Positions 47,310 to 62,369 of a stretch of 64,000 nucleotides of DNA are shown piece by piece (the stretch's first letter is position 1; each line of letters starts with the position of its first letter). Origin of the DNA: Octopus vulgaris (Eukaryota). Position numbers and translations under genes: made by a program. A model generated the notes under the pieces. It did no database searches. It saw only the letters and a list, made by a program, of their open reading frames with translations, and was not told the origin of the DNA. Where the stretch lies: positions 128,712,001-128,776,000 of the forward strand of contig OX597815.1 of the NCBI GenBank assembly GCA_951406725.2. Reading direction: 5' to 3'.

Positions 47310-50084
47310 TTACATATATATATATAATATAAATTAAGTTTTACAAGGCAAAGGTTGAGAGTAGCTTTGAGGTTTCAGCTTACCAGCTGTCATGAGATTT
47401 AGAAAATATTGAGTTTAATTTTAAATTGTTTTTATATCTAACTTCACATAAAAACAAACATGAATATGAACAATTGCAAAGTAGTACATAGAATTCTGCA
47501 AGTCTGGCTGATTACTGTATTATCTAAGCATGAATCTTTTTGTAGCCCACATTTAAATCCTATCCTATCATCATCTGTTCTTCATGATGGCAAGAGTTGG
47601 ACAGTTTGACAGGAGCTGACCAGCTGGAGAACTGTCCAGGCTCCATTTGTATGTTTTGGCATGGTTTCTGTGACTGGATGCCCTTCTTAATGCCAACCAT
47701 TTTACAGAGTGTATAGGTGTTTTTAATGTGACACAGGTATGCGTGCTTTTTACATGGCACCAGTACCCATGAGCAGACTGTTTATTAAATTACATACACT
47801 AACATATCTTAGAGACATTACCTAAGTGCTGTCACTGACAATGTTACAGCACTGCAGTACTGTGGGTTCAAAATCATTGCATTATGATGGTAAATAAACA
47901 GAGAAATACAGTAGTGTTGAAGATCTAAGTAAGCTACTCAAAATACTTTCAAACTGATAACATTAACAATATATCTAATATTTGCTTCGTTGTATCTTGG
48001 GAGGGTCATTATGCCAATAATAAACACATGCACTGGTTCTATTCCACTTGTTGCTTATTTGTCAATTGGTTAAACATTTAATCACTTAACTAATTGATTG
48101 TTTGATTAATTAATCAGTCAATCAGCTAGGTTTGTCAATGTCCTTTTGTTACCATCACAACCTCGTCAATGACATGCCCTCTCTATTTCTGGTCTGTTTG
48201 TCTTTCTTCTAGTTTACAGGTTTTCTATTTATATTACTCTCCTTTTTGATTACTCTAATATGTAAGTTTTAATTTTATTTACATTAAGTGAAGCTTTCTT
48301 AACCAATAAGACCTTAGTGTTCTGGTTTTAAAGAAACCAATAGGGTTCTCTAAAACTTTTGAACCTCAGCAATAACTGCTTTGATCTAAAGTATGAACAA
48401 AGAAGAAATTACATCAATTTCATTGCTTGTGAGAATTTTTTTGTGTTTTTAAAGGCTTTTAAGAAATTTGTTCATTCCATTTATTTTTCTTTTTTTCTTT
48501 TTCCTAGTTAAAAAATCTTAGTGTCACTAAAACACTTATTGTAAATCATAAGGGACACTGATGCTTTTCTTTACCACAGCAGCTAATTGTTGCAATATAT
48601 ACACACACATATACATATGTGCATGGCCACAGTCTTTTTTATCTGAAACCGGTTAAAGGGTAATATACACACACATCTCTCTCTTTCTCACATATATGTA
48701 TATATATATATATCTATTGTGTATGTTTATATATATATATAGACAAACACACAAGAAATAAAAAGAAAGAGGAAACACTTTTTTACTTAGAAACTCAGAT
48801 AAGGTTTTAACACCATTGGGCCCATTTTCACTGACTATTTAAAATGGCTTTATATAACATTTCAATTTCTTACATGCACACACACATCACGCATATCAGT
48901 GGGTGAAACTGAATTACAGAAGTTAATTTTTTTATATTTTATCATGTCTTAAGCATAGTTCTTGATAGAACTTCTTCAACATCCCTAAACTTAATCTGTC
49001 TGTATCACCAGAATCAACACCATTGCTGCTCATCTCTGGTTTCTGTAATAAAAGCAGATAAAAGGTAAATTCCTTCTTGATAGTCTCAACTCTAACAGCT
49101 TCTGTTTAAGTAAATTCTAGGTTCTAAAGTTAAAGATAATATAAGTAGTAAGCAATTGTCTTAAATTTCTTAATTGATACACTTTTCTTTTCTTTTCTTT
49201 TTTTTTGTTAATCAAATTATTTTAGATTGCACTGAATCAGTGTGGGTTTTTTTTCTTAGTTACTGATTAAATAATTTAAACTACAAAACACAGTAAATTC
49301 TTTTAATTAATAAACTTCAGAATTTGAGGAATGTCATGATAGCATACGTTGGCAAAAATCAGTAAAGTTTACAAATATAAGTTTGTAAAAGTAGAAAGAA
49401 GAGTGTTGGTAGGAATTCTAATGTCTTAATTTTTCATTATATATCTGTTAAATTATGCTGAATTAATGAAGAATTTAAAACATGAAATTTTATTAGGTTT
49501 TATTTTAGACCAAAACAGGAAATTTTGTATCATGAAACCAAAGCTGGTCTCATGCAGGTTAGTATCAAATGGATTAAGCAAGGGTCTTTGAAGTGGGGTG
49601 GAATTGAAATTAAATTTCCCTAAGTTTTATGAATTTGCTTATGTAATCCTAATCCTTTAAAACAGCAGCAATCTATCTTTCCTGTTTACTCTATATAACA
49701 ATGTTTTAATCACTTCTTCCTTTTGTTAAATTTGTTGCATTTCCAGTTTCTATTTTTTAACAATTCTCAATCCTACCACTACCAATCACCTGTACATTTA
49801 GTTATTCCTTTTGTCCACTTAACTTTTTATCATGCAAATATACTCATCAGCTCTTTCACTTAATTATATAAGTTACTCAATATTTAGAAAGAAATTAGGC
49901 CCTTATACACACACACACACACACACACTATTACATTCAATGCCTTGCCTATCTGAATACCACCCGAGTTAACTTTATATTTCTTCTCATTTGAGGAATT
50001 AAGAATTTAACAACTTGATTCAGTCAACTATGAAACCCTTTCATTCATACTTAGAAACAGAAATATATGTGTATATTTTGTATA

Positions 50085-51707
<1,623 letters not shown>

Positions 51708-51734
51708 ATTATTATTACAGCATTGAAAAACTGA

Positions 51735-52590
51735 AATAGTTGGTGGGTTGGTAGAATCGTTAAAGCATTGGACAACTGCATTGCAGTATTTCTTCCACCT
51801 CTTTACATTCTGAGTTCAAATTCAGCTGAGGTCATCTTTGCCTTTCATCCTGATGAGATGAATAAAATAAAGAACCACTCAAGTACAGGTGTCAATGTAA
51901 TCAACTAATCCTCTCCCCTCAAAAATTATTGGCCTAAACTAGATACAGTTATGGCATTGAAAAGGGTGATGAGTTGAGAGAATCTTTAGAGTATCAGATA
52001 AAATGCCCAGCAGTGATTGTTTTGGCTCTTTACATTATGAATTCAAATCTTGCTGAGGTCACTCAACTTTACTTTTCATCTTTCCACAGTTGAGAAAATA
52101 TTTTTCAAATAGCAATCAAATACTGAGGAGCAGTGTAATTAGCTGCTCTCTTTCCCAAAATTTTTTGGTTTGTTGTTTGTTAGAAATTAATATTACAACA
52201 TTGGATATAAAATGCAGTTCTCTACTAAATGCCTAATAGTATTTAGTTTTGGCCCAAAGCATTACAAGTTCAAATCCAAATGTGAATTCAGTTGAATATC
52301 AATATGCTCCTCTCCCTAAACAATAGGTGGCAATGAACCAAAGAATTTTTACCTGGTTCAGATGTATTTTTATTATCTAAAACTTAGATAAGGAAGCAAG
52401 CTGGTAGGATTGTTAATATATTGGACAAAATGCTTAGCAGCATTTCTTCTGACTCATTACATTCCGAGTTCAACTTTACCTTCCATCCTGTTGGAGTCAA
52501 TAAAATAAGTACCAGTTAAACACTGGGAGTCAACGTGATTGACTATCCCAATTCCCCTAAAATTGCAGGCCTTGTACCTAAATTTAAAAC
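51735..52590 (+). mobile_element. Three or more diverged family-A SINE copies
   Basis: tgagttcaaatt...ctttgcctttcatcc near 51810, 52040 and 52465. Confidence 0.75.
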
Positions 52591-53334
52591 CATTATCTAT
52601 AATATAGATATCACCTTCTATCTCTCCTTTCTAGGTCTTATTTAACAGTTTGAAAACTATACCACCAACTCTTTATACCTATAAAGACACTTCAAGTGTT
52701 TCCAGACAAGTGAATTAGTGAATCATATATTATATATATATATGGTTTTCTTCTTTTTTTTTATGACAATTCTTCTAAGAATATATTTGCATTAGCTGCT
52801 GAAATGTTTTGTTAAAAGAGAACTTAACAAAAACGAAATTTAAAAAAAAAAAAGAGAATTGCGAAAACCCAAAAAGAAATTGAACAATTTTTAAAGGAAA
52901 CAATTGTGCTATGAATTTCCTTGAATTTACAATTCTTAAAAATCTTTTATGGTAATGAGTCCGAATGATCTGCCAAAGATCTTTCAGAATTATTTCTAGA
53001 AATTACAATTAGTGCCTATTTACTGTAAGAATATTTTGTATTAGTTCTTCTTGTCATTTTTGTCATTGTTGAATTAACATACATAACATATATATATATA
53101 TATATATATATTCTGCTTTTGATATTTTTTGGGGCTTGTACTTCATTTTTCAGCTTAATGTCCAAAACAATACATATATTCATCTATGTGTTTATGTGTG
53201 TGAGCGTGTGTATGAAAGTATGTTTAATGTAATTTATTAATTACCACAGTGCCTAACTTTTATCTATTCCTGATTTAGGTCTTTTATAGTAGCAGTGAAA
53301 CGATTATCGTATTCTGTGACCAGACATTAAATTA

Positions 53335-53365
<31 letters not shown>

Positions 53366-55259
53366 TATAAAATGCATTAGATATATTATGGGAATGTCAG
53401 TATTTTCAGTTTTTTTTTAATCTTAAATTCAAGAATTACTTCTGATAAATTCCTCTGTTAACAAATGTCACTTTAAAAAATAACAAAAAAAAATCAATGC
53501 TGGTGCTATGTTTGTTTTCTTATGTATTTTTAAATGACTCTCTCTCCCTCCCTAACTCTACTTCACTAACTTCATTTCTCTCAGTTTAAGTGGCAGTTTT
53601 TTAGGTGTTTTTTCATGACTACAATGGAAGGCATACCTGTTGAATTACAAGGTCTTTTCCTTTATTTCATTTAGTTTTTTTTTTCCTTCCAGGATTGCTA
53701 AAATATGTGCCATCATGCCTGGGTTAATTCAAACAACATTTCTTTCCTCCTTTTAATTTGTGGTCTTTGAAGCAAAAGGCAAACGCCATTTTCTGCAGCC
53801 TCAGATTAGCTTGTACCTTGAGTGAAATTGAGAATTGGAGAGACAGAAATGGTATTGAAGCCTATCACAAGGATTATACCCCTGATTGGAAGGCACAGCT
53901 TCGTCACACACACACACACACACTGTGTTGTGCTGATTCTGCCCGAAAATTGCGTAGAAGGTATGTGTGTCTGTGGAATGCTCAGCCACTAACACAATGA
54001 TGCAATTGATCAAACATGCCGAAGAATCATCCATCCTTATATATATATATTCAAAGTTTTTGTGAGTGACTTGGGGGCTGGAATGAGAAACTCCGAGTAA
54101 TTACTCACACAGAATTAAATTATGCTACTCTACCTAGCAATATTAAATACTTTCATTTCACACCAGTGTGATATTACTATCCTATACATATATGTAAGTG
54201 TGTGTGCATGCATATGTATATATATATATATATAATCAAAGCACAATAACCATGGAGTGAATATGACAGAATACTAAGTATAATTCTGTTGTGCTTATTG
54301 TCAAGGCTAATAACTCTGCTCCAGTCTACCTTTCAACACACAAAATTGTCGTCGTTTTTTTTAATAATTCTTGTAAATGTCATGAGTTTCATAAACCATT
54401 GAAACCCCAGGACATCATTGAAGTCTTTGCCATTAAAGCAAGTCAGCCTGATAGAGGTCATTCTCCAAGGGAAGAATTGGCCACAACAATGTAAAGTAAC
54501 AAAATGTTTGTTAATTTTGCAGCTTTGCTTCATAGTAAATACCCAGTGGTACATATTTACAGGTAGGTGGAGTGTCTGTTGAGACTGAAGCATGTTTGGT
54601 CATTAAATACAAAGCAGCACTGATGATAGGAATAGAACTACTCTCCCTTCAGTTGGTAGTCAAACATCCTATCATTTCAACCAGTGACAGCTAGTATGTT
54701 GAAATATTCTAGTCAAAACATTCATACATCTTATGTTTGCTCTCTGATTTACAACCAAGCTCAGTTGAAATAAAAACCATTCGCTTTAGATTATAAATTG
54801 TCTGACAAGTAAAAAGAATTTAATATATGCTCTCCGATGGTTTTGTATTTCTTAGTTTTGATTAGTTGACATTGCATCTGAATGTGTGTGTGTATGTGTG
54901 TGTGTGTGTACAGAGAGAGAGTAGGAAAGAGAGAGAGGGAGTCATCATAAATGACCAATATTGGAAATGAAATTAACATTTTTTGGTGCTGAGGCAATTA
55001 CTATATTGCACAATATTCTAACTGTACACATCACATTATTTTCTGGTTCTGGGCTCCAGTTCATTCTAAATTCCCAGTACATTATGTGACATGTTTTTTT
55101 GTTTGTTTCTTCTTGTTTTTGTGGGGATTTTTGTGTTTTTAGGGGTGTGTGGGTGCCTACTTCAGCTCTTGGTAAAACAAAATGTGCGTCTTTAGTTTTT
55201 GCCATAGACTTTTATACATAACCTACAGCTCAGCTATAGCTTTATCATTGCTAGTCATT

Positions 55260-55293
<34 letters not shown>

Positions 55294-55845
55294 ATGTGAA
55301 AAAGAAATGCTACCTTTCAGCTAATGTATTTACTCAACTAGTTGTCTGTCATATTTATCCATACCTTTCTGTAGTTATCTTGTAAACATTTTAAAAGAAA
55401 GTTGAGTTAATTATTATAAACAAATAATGAAATTTGGAGATTGGCAGTATTTATGCATTTCATAAGGTGTTATTGTTATAATTTTTCTCTTCTTAGTTAC
55501 TCCTCTCAATATGTAATGTCAGTTAATTTCGAATATTTGTTTTCTTACTCTTTGTCTAAATTCCTTTCAATTCTCCCCAAGCAGCTGAAATTTAGTTGCA
55601 CATTGGCCGTGTAACTTAAATGCCAGATTAGGTTTTTAAAATTTAATTCTCCCGCTGTTATCACGCCTAACTTTCATTTATGTTTTCACAATACATAGCT
55701 AAGACTAGCCTTATCCATTTAGCTCAAGTATATTGTTTATTTAGGTTCATGCTTCCAATCTCAACACTAATTTCTTCCCTTTGTCATAAAACCTAAACTG
55801 ATATACTATCCTCATCGCTAAAAGTTACAAAATGTCTGTATAAAA

Positions 55846-56034
55846 TTAACCCTTTTGTTACCATATTGCTGTTGAAATACATTACTTTTGTTTTTAATTT
55901 TGAAAACAATGAATTTAGGGAAATAACTGTCACTTTTAAGCTGGTATTGGAACATAAATTAAATGAAAATTTGGTTGAAGGTTTGAATTTAAATCACTTT
56001 AGTGTAAAACTGGTGGTGGTATTAAAAGGCTTAA
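55846..56034. mobile_element. Second piggyBac-type MITE family
   Basis: TTAA|CCCTTTTGTTACCA ... TGGTATTAAAAGGC|TTAA. Related pieces near 8640, 9565, 25155 and 49440. Confidence 0.65.
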
Positions 56035-56765
56035 GCTCATAACCTATTTTAAATATAAGCTTATTTTCCAGATTAAATTCAAAGAGATACTTTAAAATTA
56101 TATTATTTTCATCTCCCATCCGCATTAAAATATTACCATATAGTTATAAACAATTTAGAAAATACAACTGGTTTTATAACCAAATAACCCAGCTCTATAG
56201 ATATTTACTGCTTTCTTGGAGGTTTCTAATGAAATGTAGAAGCAAAATTTCCTTTTAAATAGGTGCTTTATTTCACAAACATCAGTATAGTTAAAATCTG
56301 TTTACTTTGATAGTTTTGGCTCAAAGCATTTGGTTTTATATCATATCAGAATAATTTGTATCAGCCATCATTTCAAATTAATTACTTCTATTTCCTTAAA
56401 TTTGGGAATTTTAGTTGTAAGCAAGCAATTTGTATTTTAGCATAGTTTTACCAACACTGGCGTCTATTCCTGTTTTTTTTTTTTTTAAATCTTAATTGTA
56501 CATCTGAAATTGTAGATAATTTCGCTTTTTTACTGCATCTGAATTTTGAGATATTTTAAAATTTAAAAAAATTTAAATTTTAATTGTATAATACTGATAT
56601 AGAGCCTTAAATTGACTACATAACTGGAGATGACTGTGTATATAAAGCATTCAAATAGTGTGTCTAGTTTAAATACAATAAGGTATTGAACAATTTTTAT
56701 ACAGCTCATTTACAGTTCTTTTTTTTGTGTGTGTGTATTTTATAAAACCAAGGTGACATTGCAAC

Positions 56766-56776
56766 AAACTAGGTCA
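56766..56776 (+). promoter_or_regulatory. Consensus RORE (monomeric ROR/Rev-erb/HR3/E75 element)
   Basis: AAACTAGGTCA fits WAWNTRGGTCA exactly. Single occurrence, could be chance. Confidence 0.2.
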
Positions 56777-57838
56777 GTTTTAAAAGAAGGAAAATGTAAG
56801 CTAACTTTAAATCTTTTATGATTTCCTTTTAAAATACTTGAAACTTTTAAATCACATAAATAATATTGAGTCAGTTTCAGTTGTTATAATCAGTAGACTA
56901 CACTCTGTAATGATACCTGATATTTTGAGCAGTGACACCTAGTCAAGTTAAAACTATTAGCCAATAAGTCCAGTCAGAGGAATTGAGCAGTAACAATTGA
57001 AGTTCTTACTGGCTCAATGCAGTTCATTGATGTACTGAACACAGTATAACTGAGTGTTTTTTTTTTTAGTATTTCAGTGCTAAGTCTAAGACTTCCTATA
57101 TAGCCAGAGCTATAATTCATAATTGTTTAACCAATTACATCTCTCACCACACTAAAATGATACTGTAGAGATTCTACACTTTCATAATTTTTTAAAATGA
57201 AAATAACATGGTGATTTCATAGATAGAATTAACATTTACAATAGTCACTAATATATTAAAAAATTATCATCTAAAAACTTTTTCAAACAGTTCAAATCAA
57301 GCTTAATATCAACTTAGCATTTCATTGCTCAAGGTTCAATAAAAATAATAAGTACTTAGGTTTAATTTAATTATATATGTTTCCCCTCCTACCCTAAAGG
57401 TAACAATAGGCCTAAGAATGCCTAAATAAAAGAAATAACTGTTCATTTCTATAGAGAAATAAGCTGTAGTCCTTTTCTTCTAGGTAACCCACTTGACCAT
57501 TTAAGCCAGTATTCATTAATTTGTCTCTGTAGTATAAGCACCAATGCTATGCAATGAGGTAGTAATATTTACAAACATTCTGGTTTTGTACAAAAGGGGG
57601 AAAATATTTAAATCAAAGACATGAATTTGATTAAATTAAATGAATTTTGGCAAAATTTCCTAATGGTTGAACAGCAAATATCCATTGTGTTAGTTTAAAG
57701 TGGTTTTCTTTTTTGTTCTTTAGACATCAATTTCTTAGCTATTTTACAAATAAAACACATTAAAAAATCACATCAATAGATAAGTATTTGATTTTACATT
57801 AGACAAACTGTAGCTAACCAATTAATAATAGTTAGGTT

Positions 57839-57884
<46 letters not shown>

Positions 57885-58879
57885 TTAAAATTCCAATGTA
57901 CTTTGAATCATTTCAAATGGGAACTAATAAAAATGCATTATTCAAAATACGTAGAACATATACAATTTTAAATTATTGTCTTCTGTATGTTGTGTGCATA
58001 TGTCTATATTGTAGCCTGAACTGCAGTTGCTTGATACCCTGTTCAACATATACAACAAAAATATAGAGATATTACACCACTTTTTTTTTAAGATGAACTG
58101 TATTGTATTGTAATTTAAGTTTGCTGTGTTTGAATAATTCTGTTCTAACATCATCATCTGTTGTTCAGGAATAAATTAAGCTTCTAATAAAAGCAGTTTC
58201 GGTGGAGAACAAAAACTCCAAATGAAGACAATCTGTATTTGTGAGACCATTTTAATCTAAGCTATGATGCTTTAATTTTCTTTTGATAATCAATATAGCA
58301 ACATGGTATACATTTTCAGTAAAAATGAAACTAAAGAAAAAAAATTTAAAAAAAAACAAAGCAAAAAAGTTTTTAAAAACATTTGTCTTGAAGAATTGTG
58401 TATTTTATACAGAATTTCTTATTAAAAAAATATAAAATGAGACTGAAAAATGGCCAACTTGTCAGTTGAAATTTAATGGGCACTAGTTGAGCTGCTAAGA
58501 TCTTTGGAAATGTTATTTTCACTACCATGATTTTTAGAATGCTCAAATAATTGTATTGGGTTATTTTAAAAGCTGTGAAAGAAAATGTTAGTGGTTCTTT
58601 TTTGTTGTTGTTGTTGTTGTTGTTCCTTGTTTGTTTTGTGTGTGTGTGTGGGTGTGTGTTTCAATTAACAGCTTGAAATTCCTAATTTCTTGAAACCACT
58701 GTTGTACATAAAGGAAAAAAAAGCAAAACAAAAACAAACCCATTTGGACTTTTTAATTTTGTGGATTTTCTTGAAAGTTAACATTCTTTATTAATGTCTG
58801 ACTTCCAAAATTCTCTGTTCTGCAAAGTTTTGGATAATGAAATATTTCTATGTAAACTTCTTGATGATGACAGTATAAT

Positions 58880-59086
58880 ACACTCAGTACATAAATAATA
58901 ATAATATTGATGAGAATGCCTGAGTGTCGAGAACAATGTACTTTGGGGCATATAAAACTCAGTACCTAGTGCATGAGTGAAAAACAGCAATGTTACTTTG
59001 GGCAAACAACACTCTGTACATAGTGCACGAGTATGGAAAAAAAAAAGAAGAAAAAAAAACAGAACAAAAACAATGTACTTTGGACA
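58880..59086 (+). repeat. Three-unit degenerate repeat with hairpins just upstream of AATAAA
   Basis: CAATGT(T)ACTTTGG at 58934, 58988 and 59071; ACTC(A/T)GTAC(A/C)TA at 58882, 58957 and 59011. Confidence 0.7.
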
Positions 59087-59087
59087 A

Positions 59088-59093
59088 AATAAA
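59088..59093 (+). terminator. Candidate distal polyadenylation signal
   Basis: AATAAA preceded by TGTA words (TGTACATA near 58703 and 59015), followed by CA dinucleotides about 15-20 nt downstream and a T-rich tract (ttttgtaagtttttttt). Two more AATAAA at 58170 and 58186. Confidence 0.4.
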
Positions 59094-61029
59094 TTTCTAA
59101 AAATTCTCATATACATTTTGTAAGTTTTTTTTCTTCATTATTTTATTTCATCCTTTAATAACAAACATCATCTCCATTTCTTTGGAGCTTACTTGTTGAT
59201 CTTACTTCTCTAAAACATTTCTCATTGTCATTATCTCTGTGTCTGCTTTTCTTGTATAGATTGGATGGGTTGTCATGGGTTAAGTTGGTTCTTACTGGAA
59301 GTTACTTCCCTCCTGAATGTGTTGAACAGCCATGTTTCACCTTCACTCTAATCAATGATTAATTATTTCTTATAAAAAAAAAAACTTCTGCAGGTTTTGT
59401 TTTTAGTCCAACCAGAATAACACTAACAGGCTTATCAGTTATACTAATTAGTAAACACTAATTTGAGTTAGAATTTTTAACCAAAATTTACAGCTAAATT
59501 TACAAAAAAAAAATCTTGTCTTAAAGAGGGAAACAATATTGAAAAACTTCAATCTAAAAATAAAAGTTGGGAGGAAATTCCCTCAGATAAATGGGAAGGT
59601 CATAGTTGGATGATCAAAAAGTTGACAGAAAATAGGGGTGGGGAATGCTTAAAACCAAGCATGAAAAAAAATTCAAAGGTATCAACTGATCAAGAAATAG
59701 TAAGAACATTAAAAATGTAGGAGTATCCCCATCTTAATCAAGTTTTTTAATGTATTAAATACAATTGGAGAAAGAAGAGTTTGGTTTTGGCAGAAACTAC
59801 TGAAGAAGTAAGGAGAGGCTGGTTAATGACATCCAACTCAACATGGTTGTAATCACATTAGTTATTCTGTGGAAATTTGAACTGATTAGTTAACAGATAA
59901 CACCAGATATCACTGGAAGGAACTATCACATATCACAGAAAATAGAGACAGGTGGAGTATCAGAGTCCACTGCAAGGTTCAGTTCTTGCATTGCAGTGGC
60001 TTGTATGTCCCAATGACTGATAGCTATGCCAGCAGAGCACAAGCACCTGGTAGGATTTCTCATCTGAACAGATCAAAGGACAGAAGCTGGACTAATATGG
60101 ACAATCTCTTACTGGACGTAAAAATAGGCTTTCTTAGGGCCAACACCTCCTACCTCGAAAAAAGTGAAGTTACAAAAGCATCAATGAGAATTAAAGACCA
60201 GCAATCCCTGGGAGAAGGTAAGCCCCACCCCCTCAGGGAAACATCCCCTTTTACTGAAGGAGTGGCCCTGTATAGTCCAGAGTCAAAAACAGTGGAGCAA
60301 AGTCACCAATGGCCTCAGCTCCATAGGGAGCAAAGTGCTTAAGTAAGGAGGATCAGAGTCATGTGAATCTGAGCAAGCTTGACCCAATGATGATGGTGAT
60401 GATTCTAGCATAGAACACATCACAAAGCACCATGAACAAAATCACCCAAACAAACACCGAATCAAAACCAACCTCAACAGTAACCTAAGTATTATTTTTA
60501 TTTTCCTATTACAATCCACAGAGCTAACAAACTTCTAATAAAAACTAAGCGCTTTCTACACAAAGCACATAGCAACAGCCAAGGTAGATGATGTACGTCA
60601 TACAACCATATTACAATCAAAGCTGCATATACAACAATGCATCACTTACAGATTAAAAAGAACTATTTTATTGAACTAAGTAACTTTACCAAATATTTAC
60701 ATAGCATTTTACTATAGACATAGCTACAGAACCAACACAGCACTTAAAATAATTAACTGAACCTGCAACATGCAAGACATACCAAACCATGACAGAGGCC
60801 TCAAAATTATGTGTCCTGTGCTTTGCTTGAATATGTCATGAAAACACTAGAACTGCAAGCTTTCAAAATACAAACCAACACAAACCATATTTAATACTAA
60901 GTCTTGTATTAATATATACATACCACTCCAGCCACTTTCATCATCATCATCATCATCGTTTAATGTCTGTTTTCCATGCTAAGCTATAAAACTTTAACAA
61001 CTGCACAAATATTATCATAGAAAAAGCAC

Positions 61030-61265
61030 AATAATTCCTAATTCAAGTTCAAAACCAACAGTTTGGGAGAGAGTGTCAGTCAATTATATTGATCTCAGTA
61101 TTTGACTAGTAATTGGCTTTTCATCCTTCAAGGATCAATAAATTGAATTTGATCTTAGTGAGATTTGAACTCAGAACATAAAGAATACCACAAGGCATTT
61201 TGTTCAGTGCTCTGATGATTCTGCTAATCTACTGCCCTTAATTCCTGATATAAGCACAAGGCCAG
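61030..61265 (-). mobile_element. Diverged family-A SINE (antisense)
   Basis: gatttgaactcagaac...ggcattttg...gattctgc. Confidence 0.65.
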
Positions 61266-61732
61266 AGAAATAGGAGGAGAATCAGTTTAAATCATCTCCA
61301 ATACTTTTGGTGACAACTAGTCTAAAGACTTCAGCTGTGTTCCTCCAAAACATTTTCACCATCTCAGTTAAATAAGATCCATATGCAGACACCAATAGCC
61401 TTTAAGACTGGCCATGAAAATTGAATCTCTTATATTACTTGACTTGGTTTACCATCTGATATATACGCAAAACTACGTATTGTAGCTTCCTTGAATTGTT
61501 AATCCGCACCACTTTATGTGATGATGGACAGATATGGAAATTTGTCAATTCAGGTGACAAATTTGGTCTGAGGATTTTGAAACAAAGGACAGCAATGATA
61601 AAGCCCTAGGAAACTAAAAAAGAGCAATATGCCAGCTAAGAATCATGGTAATCTTAAATATAGATACAAATTAATGTTTTTAAATGCCTTCAGTTTGTGA
61701 CAAGATTCACTTTTTGATTCTTTCATGAAAAG

Positions 61733-62132
61733 TACTCTTTTACTTGTTTCAGTCATTTGACTGTGGCCATGCTGGAGCACTGCCTTTAGTCAAGCAAATT
61801 GACTCCAGGACTTATTCTTTGTAAGCCTAGTACTTATTCTATTGGTCTCTTTTACCGCACCGATAAGTTACAGGGACATAAACACACCAGCATCGGTTGT
61901 CAAGCGATGTTAGCGGGACAAACACAAACATATACACACACATACATATATATATATATATAAACATGCACATATATACGACAGGCTTCTTTTAGTTTCT
62001 GTCTACCAAATCCACTCACAAAGCTTTGGTCAGCCCGAGGCTATAGTAGAAGACACTTGCCCAAAGTGGCACGCAGTGAGACTGAACCCGGAACCATGTG
62101 GTTCATAAGCTACTTACCACACAGCCACTCCT
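61733..62132 (-). mobile_element. Near full-length tRNA-derived CORE-type SINE (family B)
   Basis: Minus strand AGGAGTGGCTGTGTGGTAAG (A box)...GGGTTCAGTCTC (B box)...TTGGGCAAGTGTCTTCTACTATAGCC (CORE-like), internal (TA/TG)n, tail AAAAGAGTA. Fragments also near 10385, 12920, 17750, 29270, 29720, 30300 and 38110. Confidence 0.85.
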
Positions 62133-62369
62133 CCTATGCCTGATCTACATTTCAATACAGTCATAGAAATCTGTATATTCTTTATTCTGAGATGGTGTTT
62201 TTAGCATTGCTGGCTACATCACATTTCACAAAAACACATTTTATTGTTGTGGAGATCATGTGAAGGTTTGTGTTCATTCAAGCTTTTCAGCAATTCCTTG
62301 TGACTATGTGAACCAGTTGCAATAAGGGCTATTCATATAAATAAGCATATCAAAACTTCTACTTGGAAG

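Noticed and set aside
48647-48654. Grainyhead consensus AACCGGTT
   Set aside because: A single palindromic hit. It does not explain the strand-biased CCGGTG series.
59986-60342. 118-aa ORF with normal-looking composition
   Set aside because: Non-ATG start, no recognisable domain and no splice partners. It loosely resembles an RTE 5' region, too weakly to call.
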